The notes below the pieces were generated by a model. It was not told the origin of the DNA and did no database searches. It saw only the letters and a list, made by a program, of their open reading frames with translations. A stretch of 64,000 nucleotides of DNA from Mobula hypostoma. Taxonomy: Eukaryota. The position numbers were made by a program, and so were the translations under genes. Of the stretch, positions 48,043-59,729 are shown in pieces (the first letter of the stretch is position 1; each line of letters begins with the position of its first letter). The DNA is taken from assembly GCF_963921235.1 (NCBI RefSeq), contig NC_086097.1, positions 11,842,001 through 11,906,000 of the forward strand. The letters run 5' to 3'.

Positions 48043-50279
48043 CTTCAAGGATTGACGGTGGATATGCAATGGCAGGCATTGACACTTCAAGGATTGACGG
48101 TGGATATGCAATGGCAGGCATTGACACTTCAAGGATTGACGGTGGATATGCAATGGCAGGCATTTAAAGGTTGCATGGATGAACTACAACAATTGTTCAT
48201 CCCAGTTTGGCAAAAGAATAAATCAAGGAAGGTAGTGCACCCGTGGCTGACAAGAGAAATTAGGGATAGTATCAATTCCAAAGAAGTAGCATACAAATTA
48301 GCCAGAGAAAGTGGCTCACCTGAGGACTGGGAGAAATTCAGAGTTCAGCAGAGGAGGACAAAGGGCTTAATTAGGAAGGGGAAAAAAGATTATGAGAGAA
48401 AACTGGCAGAGAACATAAAAACAGACTGTAAAAGCTTTTATAGATATGTAAAAAGGAAAAGACTGATAAAGACAAATGTAGGTCCCCTGCAAACAGAAAC
48501 AGGTGAATTGATTATGGGGAGCAAGGACATGGCAGACCAATTGAATAATTACTTTGGTTCTGTCTTCACTAAGGAGGACATAAATAATCTTCCAGAAATA
48601 GTAAGGGACAGAGGGTCCAGTGAGATGGAGGAACTGAGCGAAATACATGTTAGTAGGGAAGTGGTGTTAGGTAAATTGAAGGGATTGAAGGCAGATAAAT
48701 CCCCAGGGCCAGATGGTCTGCATCCCAGAGTGCTTAAGGAAGTGGCCCAAGAAATAGTGGATGCATTAGTGATAATTTTTCAAAACTCGTTAGATTCTGG
48801 ACTAGTTCCTGAGGATTGGAGGGTGGCTAATGTAACCCCACTTTTTAAAAAAGGAGGGAGAGAGAAACCGGGGAATTATAGGCCGGTTAGCCTAATGTCA
48901 GTGGTGGGGAAACTGCTGGAGTCAGTTATCAAGGATGTGATAACAGCACATTTGGAAAGCGGTGAAATGATCGGACAAAGTCAGCATGGATTTGTGAAAG
49001 GAAAATCATGTCTGACGAATCTCATAGAATTTTTTGAGGATGTAACTAGTAGAGTGGATAGGGGAGAACCAGTGGATGTGGTATATTTGGATTTTCAAAA
49101 GGCTTTTGACAAGGTCCCACACAGGAGATTAGTGTGCAAACTTAAAGCACACGGTATTGGGGGTAAGGTATTGGTGTGGGTGGAGAATTGGTTAGCAGAC
49201 AGGAAGCAAAGAGTGGGAATAAATGGGACCTTTTCAGAATGGCAGGCGGTGACTAGTGGGGTACCGCAAGGCTCAGTGCTGGGACCCCAGTTGTTTACAA
49301 TATATATTAATGACTTGGATGAGGGAATTAAATGCAGCATCTCCAAGTTTGCGGATGACACAAAGCTGGGTGGCAGTGTTAGCAGTGAGGAGGATGCTAA
49401 GAGGATGCAGGGTGACTTGGATAGGTTGGGTGAGTGGGCAAACTCATGGCAGATGCAATTTAATGTGGATAAATGTGAAGTTATCCACTTTGGTGGCAAA
49501 AATAGGAAAACAGATTATTATCTGAATGGTGGCCGATTAGGAAAAGGGGAGGTGCAACGAGACCTGGGTGTCATTATACACCAGTCATTGAAAGTGGGCA
49601 TGCAGGTACAGCAGGCGGTGAAAAAGGCGAACGGTATGCTGGCATTTATAGCGAGAGGATTCGAGTACAGGAGCAGGGAGGTACTACTGCAGTTGTACAA
49701 GGCCTTGGTGAGACCACACCTGGAGTATTGTGTGCAGTTTTGGTCCCCTAATCTGAGGAAAGACATCTTTGCCATAGAGGGAGTACAAAGAAGGTTCACC
49801 AGATTGATTCCTGGGATGGCAGGTCTTTCATATGAAGAAAGACTGGATGAACTGGGCTTGTACTCGTTGGAATTTAGAAGATTGAGGGGGGATCTGATTG
49901 AAACGTATAAGATCCTAAAGGGATTGGACAGGCTAGATGCGGGAAGATTGTTCCCGATGTTGGGGAGGTCTAGAACGAGGGGTCACAGTTTGAGGATAGA
50001 GGGGAAGCCTTTTAGGACCGAGGTTAGGAAAAACTTCTTCACACAGAGAGTGGTGAATCTGTGGAATTCTCTGCCACAGCAAACTGTTGAGGCCAGTTCA
50101 TTAGCTATGTTTAAAAGGAAGTTAGATATGGCCCTTGTGGCTACAGGGGTCAGGGGGTATGGAGGGAAGGCTGGGTTCTGAGTTGGATGATCAGCCATGA
50201 TCATAATAAATGGCGGTGCAGGCTCGAAGGGTCAAATGGCCTACTCCTGCACCTATTTTCTATGTTTCTATGTTTCTAT
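48043..50279 (+). mobile_element. Young CR1 LINE, 5'-truncated, with a triplicated 42-nt 5' end
   Basis: uninterrupted ORF; (ttctatgt)n tail; tctatc at both junctions. Confidence 0.95.
48052..50181 (+). CDS. CR1 ORF2 (tether plus RT plus C-terminus, 709 aa; endonuclease absent)
   Basis: HPWLT, KSFYRYV, NNYFGSVFTKE, KSPGPDG, KFADDTKL, FFTQRVVNLWNSLP. Confidence 0.9.
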   Translation: MTVDMQWQALTLQGLTVDMQWQALTLQGLTVDMQWQAFKGCMDELQQLFIPVWQKNKSRKVVHPWLTREIRDSINSKEVAYKLARESGSPEDWEKFRVQQRRTKGLIRKGKKDYERKLAENIKTDCKSFYRYVKRKRLIKTNVGPLQTETGELIMGSKDMADQLNNYFGSVFTKEDINNLPEIVRDRGSSEMEELSEIHVSREVVLGKLKGLKADKSPGPDGLHPRVLKEVAQEIVDALVIIFQNSLDSGLVPEDWRVANVTPLFKKGGREKPGNYRPVSLMSVVGKLLESVIKDVITAHLESGEMIGQSQHGFVKGKSCLTNLIEFFEDVTSRVDRGEPVDVVYLDFQKAFDKVPHRRLVCKLKAHGIGGKVLVWVENWLADRKQRVGINGTFSEWQAVTSGVPQGSVLGPQLFTIYINDLDEGIKCSISKFADDTKLGGSVSSEEDAKRMQGDLDRLGEWANSWQMQFNVDKCEVIHFGGKNRKTDYYLNGGRLGKGEVQRDLGVIIHQSLKVGMQVQQAVKKANGMLAFIARGFEYRSREVLLQLYKALVRPHLEYCVQFWSPNLRKDIFAIEGVQRRFTRLIPGMAGLSYEERLDELGLYSLEFRRLRGDLIETYKILKGLDRLDAGRLFPMLGRSRTRGHSLRIEGKPFRTEVRKNFFTQRVVNLWNSLPQQTVEASSLAMFKRKLDMALVATGVRGYGGKAGF

Positions 50280-50411
50280 CCTTTTCTCTCTTAACATACA
50301 AATGTTTTAATCTGTTTCCATACGTTGCACTGTAGACAACAGAGAATCATGAGACATTTTACACTGATATTGAAGTCGTATAAAACTTTAGTTAGGTTGT
50401 ATTGTAGGCAC

Positions 50412-50722
50412 GTATTGGCATGTGGCCAAGTGGTTAAAGTGTTCGTCTAGTGTTCTGAAGGTCGCTAGTTCGAGCCTTGGCTGAGGCAGCGTGTTGTGTC
50501 CTTGAGCAAGGCACTTAACCACACATTGCTCTGCGTCGACACTGGTGCCAAGCTGTATGGGTCCTAATGCCCTTCCCTTGGACAGCATTGGTGTTGTGGA
50601 GAGGGGAGTCTTGCAGCATGGGCAACTGCCGGTCTTCCATACATCCTTGCCCAGGCCTGCGCCCTGGAAACCTTCCATGCTGCAAATCCATGGTCTCATG
50701 AGACTAATGGGATGCCTATAGA
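50412..50722 (+). mobile_element. tRNA-head SINE with RTE-type tail
   Basis: A/B boxes; 11-bp TSD attgtaggcac (50401-50411 / 50723-50733). Confidence 0.88.
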
Positions 50723-50957
50723 ATTGTAGGCACCTTTGGTAAACATTACATTAGTATTAATATGGAGAAAGGTGGCAAGTTTGATTCATATAATAATGAT
50801 AATGAGATACAAATATATTGAAAGCTATTGCTCTACTGACCTGAATGAATCCCAAAAAGCAACATCATTGAAATATCCAGACCATTGTTGTACAAAAAGG
50901 TAATATTGAAATAAAGTAGGTAAAACTGGTTGGTCAGCATCTGTGGCAGATTTAAAT

Positions 50958-51175
50958 ATTTATTTATTGAGATACCAGTGTGGAACAGGCCCTTACAGTC
51001 CTTCAGACCACACCACTTAGCAACCCCGGTTTAACCCTAGCCTAACCATGGGATAATAGACAATGACTAATTAACCTATCAACAATATGAACTGTGGGAG
51101 GAAACAGGAGCACCTGGAGGAAACCCATACAGTCATGAGGAGAACATACAAATTACAGACGGTGATGGGAATCGG
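50958..51175 (-). mobile_element. V-SINE
   Basis: gtgggaggaaacaggagcacctggaggaaaccca. Confidence 0.75.
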
Positions 51176-51191
51176 ACATTTCAAGCTTATA

Positions 51192-51405
51192 ACTCTACCG
51201 TGGATGGTCCCAAGCCTGGCTGAGAAAGGAGGAGGGTTGGGCATGGGGCTAGTAACCTTATATGGTAAAAACCCAGAGCTATAGAAGCACCAGCAGAAGC
51301 TCCAAAGACCTCATTCCTGGGAGAGGAAGGGTACATCAAGAATATGGGCTACATCTGGAGACAACTGTCCCAGAACAGATGACCCTGGCAAGCTACTGTC
51401 AATAG
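51192..51405 (+). mobile_element. RTE-derived bipartite element (family 2)
   Basis: gggttgggcatggggctagtaacc..gtaaaaac 5'UTR motif; matches 10520-10722. Confidence 0.6.
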
Positions 51406-51414
51406 CATATGTTG

Positions 51415-51982
51415 TGTGGCCTTCATTTGTTGGGACATTGAGTTCAACAGGCACAAGGTAACTATGCAGATCTATAAAACTCTGATTAGATCAGTCTTGG
51501 AGTATTGTGTTCAATTCTGATCGCTCATTATAGGAGGGATGTGAAAGCTGTAGAGAGGCTGCAGAAGAGATTTACCAGGGTGCTGCCTGGATTAGAGAGC
51601 GTATCTTATAAGGAAAAGTTGGGCACGCTAGGGCTTTTCTCTTAGGAGCAAAGGAGGATGATAGGAGACTTTACAGAGGATTGTAGAGCCAAAACCTTTT
51701 CTCGGGTGGCAATAGGAAGGCATATATACATTTAATGTGATTGGAGGAAAGTACAGGGGAGATGTCTGTGTGAAGTTTTTTACACTGAGAGTAATAAATG
51801 CACAAAGTACACTACCAGGGGTGGTGGTAGAGGCAGATACATTAAGAGACTCTTAGTTAGGCACAAGGATGAAAAATAACTGTTGGCCTATGCAGGAGGA
51901 AAAGATTCGATTGATCTTCGAGTAGGTTAAAATTCAGCACAGCTTCATGATTTCAGCCTCGACTGTGCTGTGCTGATCTATA
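51415..51982 (+). mobile_element. Decayed CR1 3' fragment
   Basis: tataaaactctgattagatcagtcttggagtattgtgttcaattc. Confidence 0.75.
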
Positions 51983-52797
51983 TAACAATAAACTTGACAT
52001 TTTCATTGAAAATATAAGTCCAAGTAAATGTTTGAATTTAATTTTATATTGTGTTTATACTTAATGCTTCATTGGCAAGTAGTTCAAAGGCAAGGTCTCA
52101 AGTAAGAGCAGGAATGGTGCTTCAGGATCCATTATCTGAGGGCTAATCACCACAGATGGGCCATCCTTCTTCATGCCTGGCATGTATCTAGGACAACTGG
52201 AACCTGTGGGGTCGTATAACACAGTTGGAAGAAGCAAGTGCAGGGATTGGCAGGATTGATGAAATCATTGTTAGGGAGTATTCTGGAGTTTTGTGAGTAT
52301 GAGGAATGTTAATTCAAACAAGAACCAGTGCTCAGTTCTTAATGCACATCATAAATTGCAAGCAGTAATGCAAAGATAAAAGCACATCTTTGCAAATAAA
52401 CATTACTGTCTATAAGAGATCTGGTTTACAAAATGGCGATCATGAGGCATTTGCCAGTCGTTAAGACAATGTGTTCATTGGTCTGCCTCAATCCAGGGTT
52501 TGCATAATGAGTTTAAGTAGCCTGCATCATTATAAACAAATTCAGAAACTTACAGACCGGACTGACCACCCTGTCACGAGTTGGATGTCTGGCTGTCTGT
52601 TATCAGAGTTTTTTAGAATATTTGTGTTAATTACAGTTTCTCCCAGAAAAGACGTTTGAACCTTCAGAGATGTCTTTTCAACTACAATGTGCCTCCACTG
52701 TAAATATGTACCTAAAGGAACCATTTGTCAAACCAAAGTATTGAAATAAACAATGTCATTGTAAATATTGAAACTGCATCACATACTGTTAACTGTT

Positions 52798-53231
52798 GGG
52801 TGGTGTGAGGAGTTACGTCTCTACCAAAGGAGGTGTAAGTCACTCTTTCCCTCCGCTGCCCTGCATGTCACCCTTGGGCAAGGTGTAGCACCTGTTTAGC
52901 CCCCTGAGCAGGGTCACATGAGGCCATAGGAGCAGGTGTTATATGGTTGTACGAGCAGCTGGTGCATATTACAAGTCCTGGTTATGCGACCACTGAAACC
53001 GGGCAGACAATCTCTGAAACGTATTGATAATGGCTGGGGTCACCCATCTTGTAAAGACACAGCCCAGAAGAAGGCAATGGCAAACCACTTCTGGAGAAAA
53101 ATTTGCCAAGGATAATCATGGTCATGGACTAATGAGAACAACAGCGTGAAGGGGGTCTTCCCCACTGGCAATGACAGATGGAAGACCATGATCGCCCATG
53201 TCATATGACACGGCACATAAAGAAGATGATG
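52798..53231 (+). mobile_element. RTE/BovB-derived SINE (family 1), long variant
   Basis: about 55 extra nt before gaagaccatgatcgccc. Confidence 0.8.
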
Positions 53232-53518
53232 TTGATTACTGCTAACTTTGATCTTAATGGTATAAAAATGTGATGTACTTTTGGATTTGTGAGACTCTAC
53301 CAAGAGAGTCTCTGCAAGAATGCCTGCTTCTTATGATGATCGAAGATTTGTATATCACCAGCTTCAGTGTCTCTCGGGTGACTTTGATCACAGTCACAAC
53401 AGCCATGACTTTTATCTGATAGGTATGTGGCTGTTATGTGATCCATAAAGGCATAGCCATGAAGGAAATAATTGGTGTGGTGTTAGAGGCTGATACAACA
53501 GGGGCTTTAATAGACTCT

Positions 53519-53884
53519 TTGTCATCATCACTCATTATGTACAATATCATATGATGTGGACGATCATGGTCTTCATGACCACGATTGTTCTTGGCAAATT
53601 TTTCTAGAGAAGTGATTTGCTATTGCCTTTTTCTGGGCAGTGTCATTACAAGGCAGGTGACCCCAGCCATTAATAATACTCCTCAGAATTTGTCTGCTTT
53701 GCGTCAGTGGTCACATAACCAGGACTTGTGATGTGCACCAGCTGCTCATACGACCATCCACCACATTCTCCCTGATCAGGTGGCTAAGCAGGTGCTACAC
53801 CTTACCAAGGGTGACCTGCAGCCTGGCAGAGGAAAAGAGCATGTTATACTTCCTTTGGTAGAGACGTATCTCCAGTCTGCCAGC
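53519..53884 (-). mobile_element. RTE/BovB-derived SINE (family 1)
   Basis: 12-bp TSD ttaatagactct (53507-53518 / 53885-53896). Confidence 0.85.
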
Positions 53885-54693
53885 TTAATAGACTCTGACA
53901 TGTGTGAAAAATGTAGGTTTATAGGCTACATAGGAGTCAATGGTTACTTGGATCGTGGTTTATTTAGGATGGAATGACATTATCGACCAAGGGACCTGTA
54001 CTGCGGTGAACTGTTCTATATTCGATGTTCTTGATATGGCATGCTTTGTTGTATATATCATATTTTTTTACAATGTCTAGCATGTGATAGAACCCATCAT
54101 TTTTTCTAAAACAGGATGCTGTTATTTCTAGTAATAACAAAATATAATGGAAGAACTCAGCAGGTTAGGCCTCACCTGTGGAGAGAACCAACATTAACAT
54201 GTCAGGTTGGTGACGTTTCATGACAAAAAAGAATATTCTATTTCAGATTTTGAACATCTGCAGTTTTATTTTTGTTCTTTGATCTTCAGCTTGGTTGATT
54301 TGCTCTGTGACTCTTTCCCTCCCGAGGAATATATTGATAACGTGGAGGAAGATGAGCCCAGAGACTCAATGTATGTTCTGGGGTAATGTTGGTGCTTGTC
54401 TGATATGGTCACTGCAGTTCACTAGCATATAACATGGCTGGCTCAATCAAGCCCGGACTACTAATTAGAGTACTGACTTGTAACCTTATTAACTGAATTC
54501 AATAAAAAGAGTTCCACCCTCTTCTACATTAATGAGCAGGCATTATTCTAACAATGGCTCAGTTATTCCAGCCAGCACTGGAGCGGTTTGACTTTATTCC
54601 AGTCCAGCATTAACAGTAGTAGTCTGGTCATTGATCTGAACCGTCATCATTAGTAGATTGGGGACTGGTTGGTTAAAATGTCATTGATATGAT

Positions 54694-55378
54694 TGGATTA
54701 TGAGAACACTCAGTCCTCTTTTATTGTTATTTAGAAATGCATGCATGCATTAAGAAATGATACAATGTTTCTCCGGAGTGATATCACAGAAAACAGGACA
54801 GACCAAAGACTAACACTGACAGAACCACATAATTATAATGTATAGTTACAGCAGTGCAAAGCAATACCATAATTTGATAAAGAACAGACCATGGGCACAG
54901 TAAAAAAAAGTCTCAAAGTCCCGAGTTGATTGACTCCCGAGTCCCCGATAGCAGGCGGCAAAAGGGAGAAACCCCCTGCCATAAACCTCCAGGCACCGTC
55001 AACTTGCCGATGCCTTGGAAGCAGCCAACCACAGCCGACACTGAGTCCATCCGTCCAAAAACTTCGAGCTTCCGACCAGCTTCTCCGATACAGCCTCCTG
55101 AGCGCCATCCTCTGCCTAGTGCCTTCGACCTCTCCCCGGCCGCTGAAACACACAAAGCTGAGGATTTCGGGGCTTTCAGCTCCAGAGATTCCGGTTACCA
55201 CACAGTAGCAGTGGCAGCAAAGCAGGCATTTCAGAAGTTTTCCAGATGTTCTGCTGTGCTCTCACGTCTGCCTCCATCAAATCAGAATTGTGCACGGTCC
55301 CCTACTTGACAGATAACAGATATCATCACCGAAGTGGCCGCGTGCGCTGCCGTCGCGCCGCCATCTTCTCCCCCCTCC
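54694..55378 (-). mobile_element. Non-autonomous Rex/Babar-type retroposon
   Basis: reverse complement starts gggagaagatggcggcgcg, ends aataaaagaggactgagtgttctcataatcc; related to 11317-11946. Confidence 0.7.
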
Positions 55379-55522
55379 CGGGATATGGTAGCTGATTGCC
55401 ACTTTCTTAATGTCTTCTTAACACACACTTAATGTTTTAAAATAAAAAAATATATAAACCACCATGGAGAAGAAATCCATGTACACTACCTCACTATTTT
55501 ATTTATTTTTGTTCTCTTCTTG

Positions 55523-56318
55523 CATCATCATCATTGCGTGCTATGTCATATGATGAGGACGATCATTGTCTTCCGTCTGTACCATGGTTATTCTTGGGAA
55601 GTTTTTCTGCAGAAATTGCTTTCCAATGCCTTCTTCTGGGAAGTGTCTTTACAAGACGGGTGACCGCAGCCATTATCAACACTCTCCAGAGACTGCCTGC
55701 CTGGTGTAAACGGTCACATAGCCAGGACTTGTGATATGCACCACCTGCTCCCATGGCTTCAGGTGACCCTGATTCAGTGTGGGTGGGGGGGAGGGCTCAG
55801 CAGGTGCTACACCTTGCCCAAGGGTAACCTGCAGGCTGGCAGAAGGTAGGAGCACCTTACATCTCCTTTGGTCGAGATATATCTACACCCTGCCAAATCA
55901 ATAGACTCTTAGATGTAAGAAAAATGTTGGTGTATAGGCTATTTAGGAGTTAATGGTTACTTGGATCATGGAGTAGGTTTACACAGGATGGAATGACATG
56001 TTAACCAAAGGAGCTCCACTGTGGTGAACTGTTCTACAGTCGATATTTTAGATATGGCATGCTTTATTGCAGATATCATTATTTTTCTAACAACGTCTAG
56101 CATGTGATAGAAGCCATCATTGTTTCTAAGTAAGGATGCTGTTATTTCTAGTAATAACAGAATATGATGGAAGAACTCAGCAGGCAAGGCCTCGCCTGTG
56201 GAGAGAACCAACATTAATATGTCATGTTGGTGGCACTTCATCACAAAAAGTTGCTACACCTTGCCCAAGGGTGACCTGCAGTCTACCGGAGGGAAGGAGC
56301 GCTTTACAACTTCCACCC
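55523..56318 (-). mobile_element. RTE-SINE (family 1) containing a duplicated flank segment
   Basis: SINE 55523-55895, copy of 53887-54231 at 55900-56250, SINE 5' piece 56252-56318. Confidence 0.7.
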
Positions 56319-57387
56319 AATTTGCACTACTAATTGATTTTTTAAAAAATTTAGTCTATTAAATTAAAATTGTAAATTAAATGTTCTATACTGTATATAC
56401 TTTATAAATGAAATTAAACTAGCAGTGCAAATATATGTATATATATTTCTTATAGTAATTTATATATTTTTAGTAGGTTTGGAATGTACACTTACCACAA
56501 AATAAATTTCATGACATATGCCAGTGATATTAAACCTGATTCTGATTCTGATTCCAATGCATGGGTTGGAGACTGTTAATAGGAATGAGTGTACAATTAA
56601 AATTGACATGAGTGTAACTGTTCAGTTGATGGTCAGAGCATACCGGATACTGTCTGACTCAGTGGCAGTGTGGATGCTAGGATGCTGAAACCACTGATAA
56701 TTTTCAGCAACCAAGAGACTTAAACCTTGCATTGTAAGAGTTTAAATCCATGCTAATAATTGACTGATCTCCAGATTTGTGTTATTGCCTGGAGTGAACT
56801 GGAAGTTTCAAGCTCTTTAAAAGTTAATTATCAAGAACTCCTTTAGTAAAAGTCTGGGTGAAAAATTTCACCAGTCGTAACTTTAAAGTCTCCTGCCGTA
56901 ACTGATGAACTGCCCAACATCAATCTGCAGTCAAACGAAACTTCATCAGATTTGCATGTAAAGTGAATGTAAAGAGCATGCTAGCTCTTTTACATGTCTG
57001 CCAGCTTTGTACAGTTTGTCACAAAACAACCTGAGCAAGAACTGAAAATGTAAAGAGATCTTCATAGAGCTAATGCAAAATGATGGTTTTCAATTTAAGT
57101 CATTAATGTTCATTGCAGTGATCAGCAGTTATCAAGCAGTTAAATCTTTGTAATAATGTCCTACACAAAAATTCTTATCTTTAGAACTGGCTGAAATGTG
57201 TTAAATTGGCCATTAAGTTAAAATTACTGTCTTCTGGTCATCACTGATTTAAAACTATATGGGACGCTGGAGACAAGTTTTGCACGTAATCTTTGAAATT
57301 TCAGCTTTCGATGGTGAGACAGTCCTTGGGCAGTCTGACAATCACAACAGCTTGAAGGTTCAGTGAGCATGAACTGAGACCAGACAA

Positions 57388-57697
57388 AGGGTGCCATGGT
57401 TGCGAAGTGATTAGCACAAAGGAATTACAGCTTGGGGTTTTGGAGTTTGGAGTTCAGTTATGACGTATTCTGTAAGAAAGTTTGTACGCCCTTCCTGTGT
57501 GGGTGGGGGTTTCCTGTGAGTGCTCTGATTTCCTCCCATAGTCCAAAGATGTACTGGTTAGAATGCTTAGTGGGTTAATTGGTTATTGCCAATTGTCCTT
57601 TAATTAGGCTATGGTTAAATTGGTAGGCTGCTGGGCTGCACGGCTTGGTGTGCCAGAGGGCCTATTTGCATTGCATCTCCAAATAAATAAAATAAAT
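57388..57697 (+). mobile_element. V-SINE
   Basis: tgctctgatttcctcccatagtccaaagatg; catctccaaataaa tail. Confidence 0.75.
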
Positions 57698-58304
57698 TCA
57701 AGGAAAGAAAGGGTACAATAAAGTTATCTCATGTGGGATCCAATCACAAGTCACACTGAGTACTAGGTGTGATGGATCAAGATTCAAGGTCAAGATTCAG
57801 ATTTATTTATCACATTTATATTGAAACGTAGAGAGAAATGCATTGTTTGCATGAACAAGTAATACACCCGAGGATGCGCTGGGGGCTGTTCACGAGTGTT
57901 ACCACATGATCCAGTGCCAGCATAGCAGACCCAGCATGCTTAGCAAAACAACACAGAACACAACAAGCAACAGATAACAACCACAAAGCAAGCCCCAGTC
58001 CTTCCCCAACAACCCACCCATGCACGTAGACTGCCCTCCAACTCCAGGACAGGCTGTCTTCAGTCTCCAACCTTCAATGGTCTCGGACTCTGGCTAACAG
58101 ACATTCGACCTTTGACTTTCTCAACGGATTCGCACAGATTTGCAGACTTGGGGCTCCGGGCATCGGGTGATTGTGGACCATAAAGTGGAAGGAGTCCGCT
58201 GTGGTAGTAGGGGGAGCAGTGGACTGAAGCTGCCAGTAAAGTGTTTGATCTAATTGATCTAATCGAATTGTGGATCCATGAGCATAAAGGAAGATCACTC
58301 GAAC

Positions 58305-58920
58305 TGTAACCTTCAGGTTTGGCTGGTGACGTCACCCTAGGGGAAGACGGTCTCTGGCCCCGCCAAACTTGTGAAATCTCATTTGTGTGGATACTGCATG
58401 ATGTGTTACCCTGTAACAACTCAGTACCATGTACCAAGAACCAACTTCCCCCGGGATCAATAAAGTATGACTATGACTATGACCATGAACTATCAGACAG
58501 TACACCATATACAATTAAATGATTGAGCTTTATAATTCTTAATTTGACTAGAGGGTTAGTAAAGAAAACAGAAAGAAAAAGGGCTCATTTTAATGAAATA
58601 ATCTGATGTACACTTTGGATCTCACGGTTTTCCATCCATTAATTCCCCATCGATTTCCTTCGAGTGTCGTTGACTCCCGGCCGCATTCCGAGTCCACTCC
58701 ATGCAGTCTATGACCTTTCCGTCCCGACATCTTCCCCCTCCATTTTCTGCCGAACAAAAGACCTAGAACAACTCACTCTCAGGCACACAGCAAGAATAAA
58801 AACTCTCCCTTCATTGGACATGCACATTCCAAAGCCCCCGTTATCTCTAGTCATAACCCAAACACTGCTGCTACAGAACAACCATTTCATTAGCAGTGAA
58901 ACCTTTCCCAGAGCATTGCA
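58305..58920. mobile_element. Putative solo LTR with a 50-nt Rex tail insertion (58432-58481)
   Basis: TGTAAC ... ATTGCA ends, flanks GAAC/CAAC; insert bounded by ACCATG duplication. Confidence 0.4.
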
Positions 58921-59410
58921 CAACCATTTTACTAGTGCTGACTTTCTGCACTTTAAATCTAATTAGACTTGTCCCCTGTTCTCATTTAAGCGTTTAATTG
59001 TGTTCATTTTCTCCTCAAAATCTATAATGGGTTTAACATTTCCCAATATATTGGAGAGAGTATTCTATGTTTTAGCAACTTCCTCCTGTATTTTTAATGT
59101 ACAGTTAGCAAATCTGCTTACTCGAAATTGATTTTCCTGATATATCTTATAAGCACAATTTTGAACACCATTATCAGTTTGAATGAACAGAGCTTCAAAT
59201 TCTCTAACCTTGCCTCAGAACAAAAGCATCTCATCCACCCAAGGGAACATCTCCTGAGCTGATCAAATGCCAAATAAAGTTCAAGGCAGATAAGTGTGCA
59301 GTTAGAATTTGGTAGCAAAATAAAAGGCAGGGCAAGTTTTTGATGGGAGTAATAAAAGTCACTAAGATTAAATTGAGAAAGGTTTCCATTTATATGCTAT
59401 GTTTTAAAGC

Positions 59411-59692
59411 TAAAAGAAATTCTGCAGATGCTGAAAATCCAGAGCAAAACATAAAATGCTGGAGGAAAACATACAAAATGCTGAAAAACTCCTCAAGTCG
59501 AGCAGCATCAATGGAAATAAATAAACGGTCAACATTTTGGGCTGAGGTCCTGCACCAAGGCTCACAAATGGCATTGACCAGAAACAGGAGAGTTTATTCA
59601 TTTCCATAGATTCTGCTTGATCTGTTTAGTTCATCCAGCATTTTGTACGTGTTACTCTGGATTTACAGCATTTGTAGAATCTTTTGCGTTTA
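59411..59692. repeat. Penelope-derived fold-back element
   Basis: attctgcagatgctgaaaatccagag.. inverted as ..ctctggatttacagcatttgtagaat. Confidence 0.75.
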
Positions 59693-59729
59693 TGAAATGC
59701 TGGCAGAACTCAGCAGGTCAGGTAGCATC

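Noticed and set aside
48043..48164. CRISPR-like array
   Set aside because: Head-to-tail repeats with no spacers, made of CR1 coding sequence, in eukaryotic DNA.
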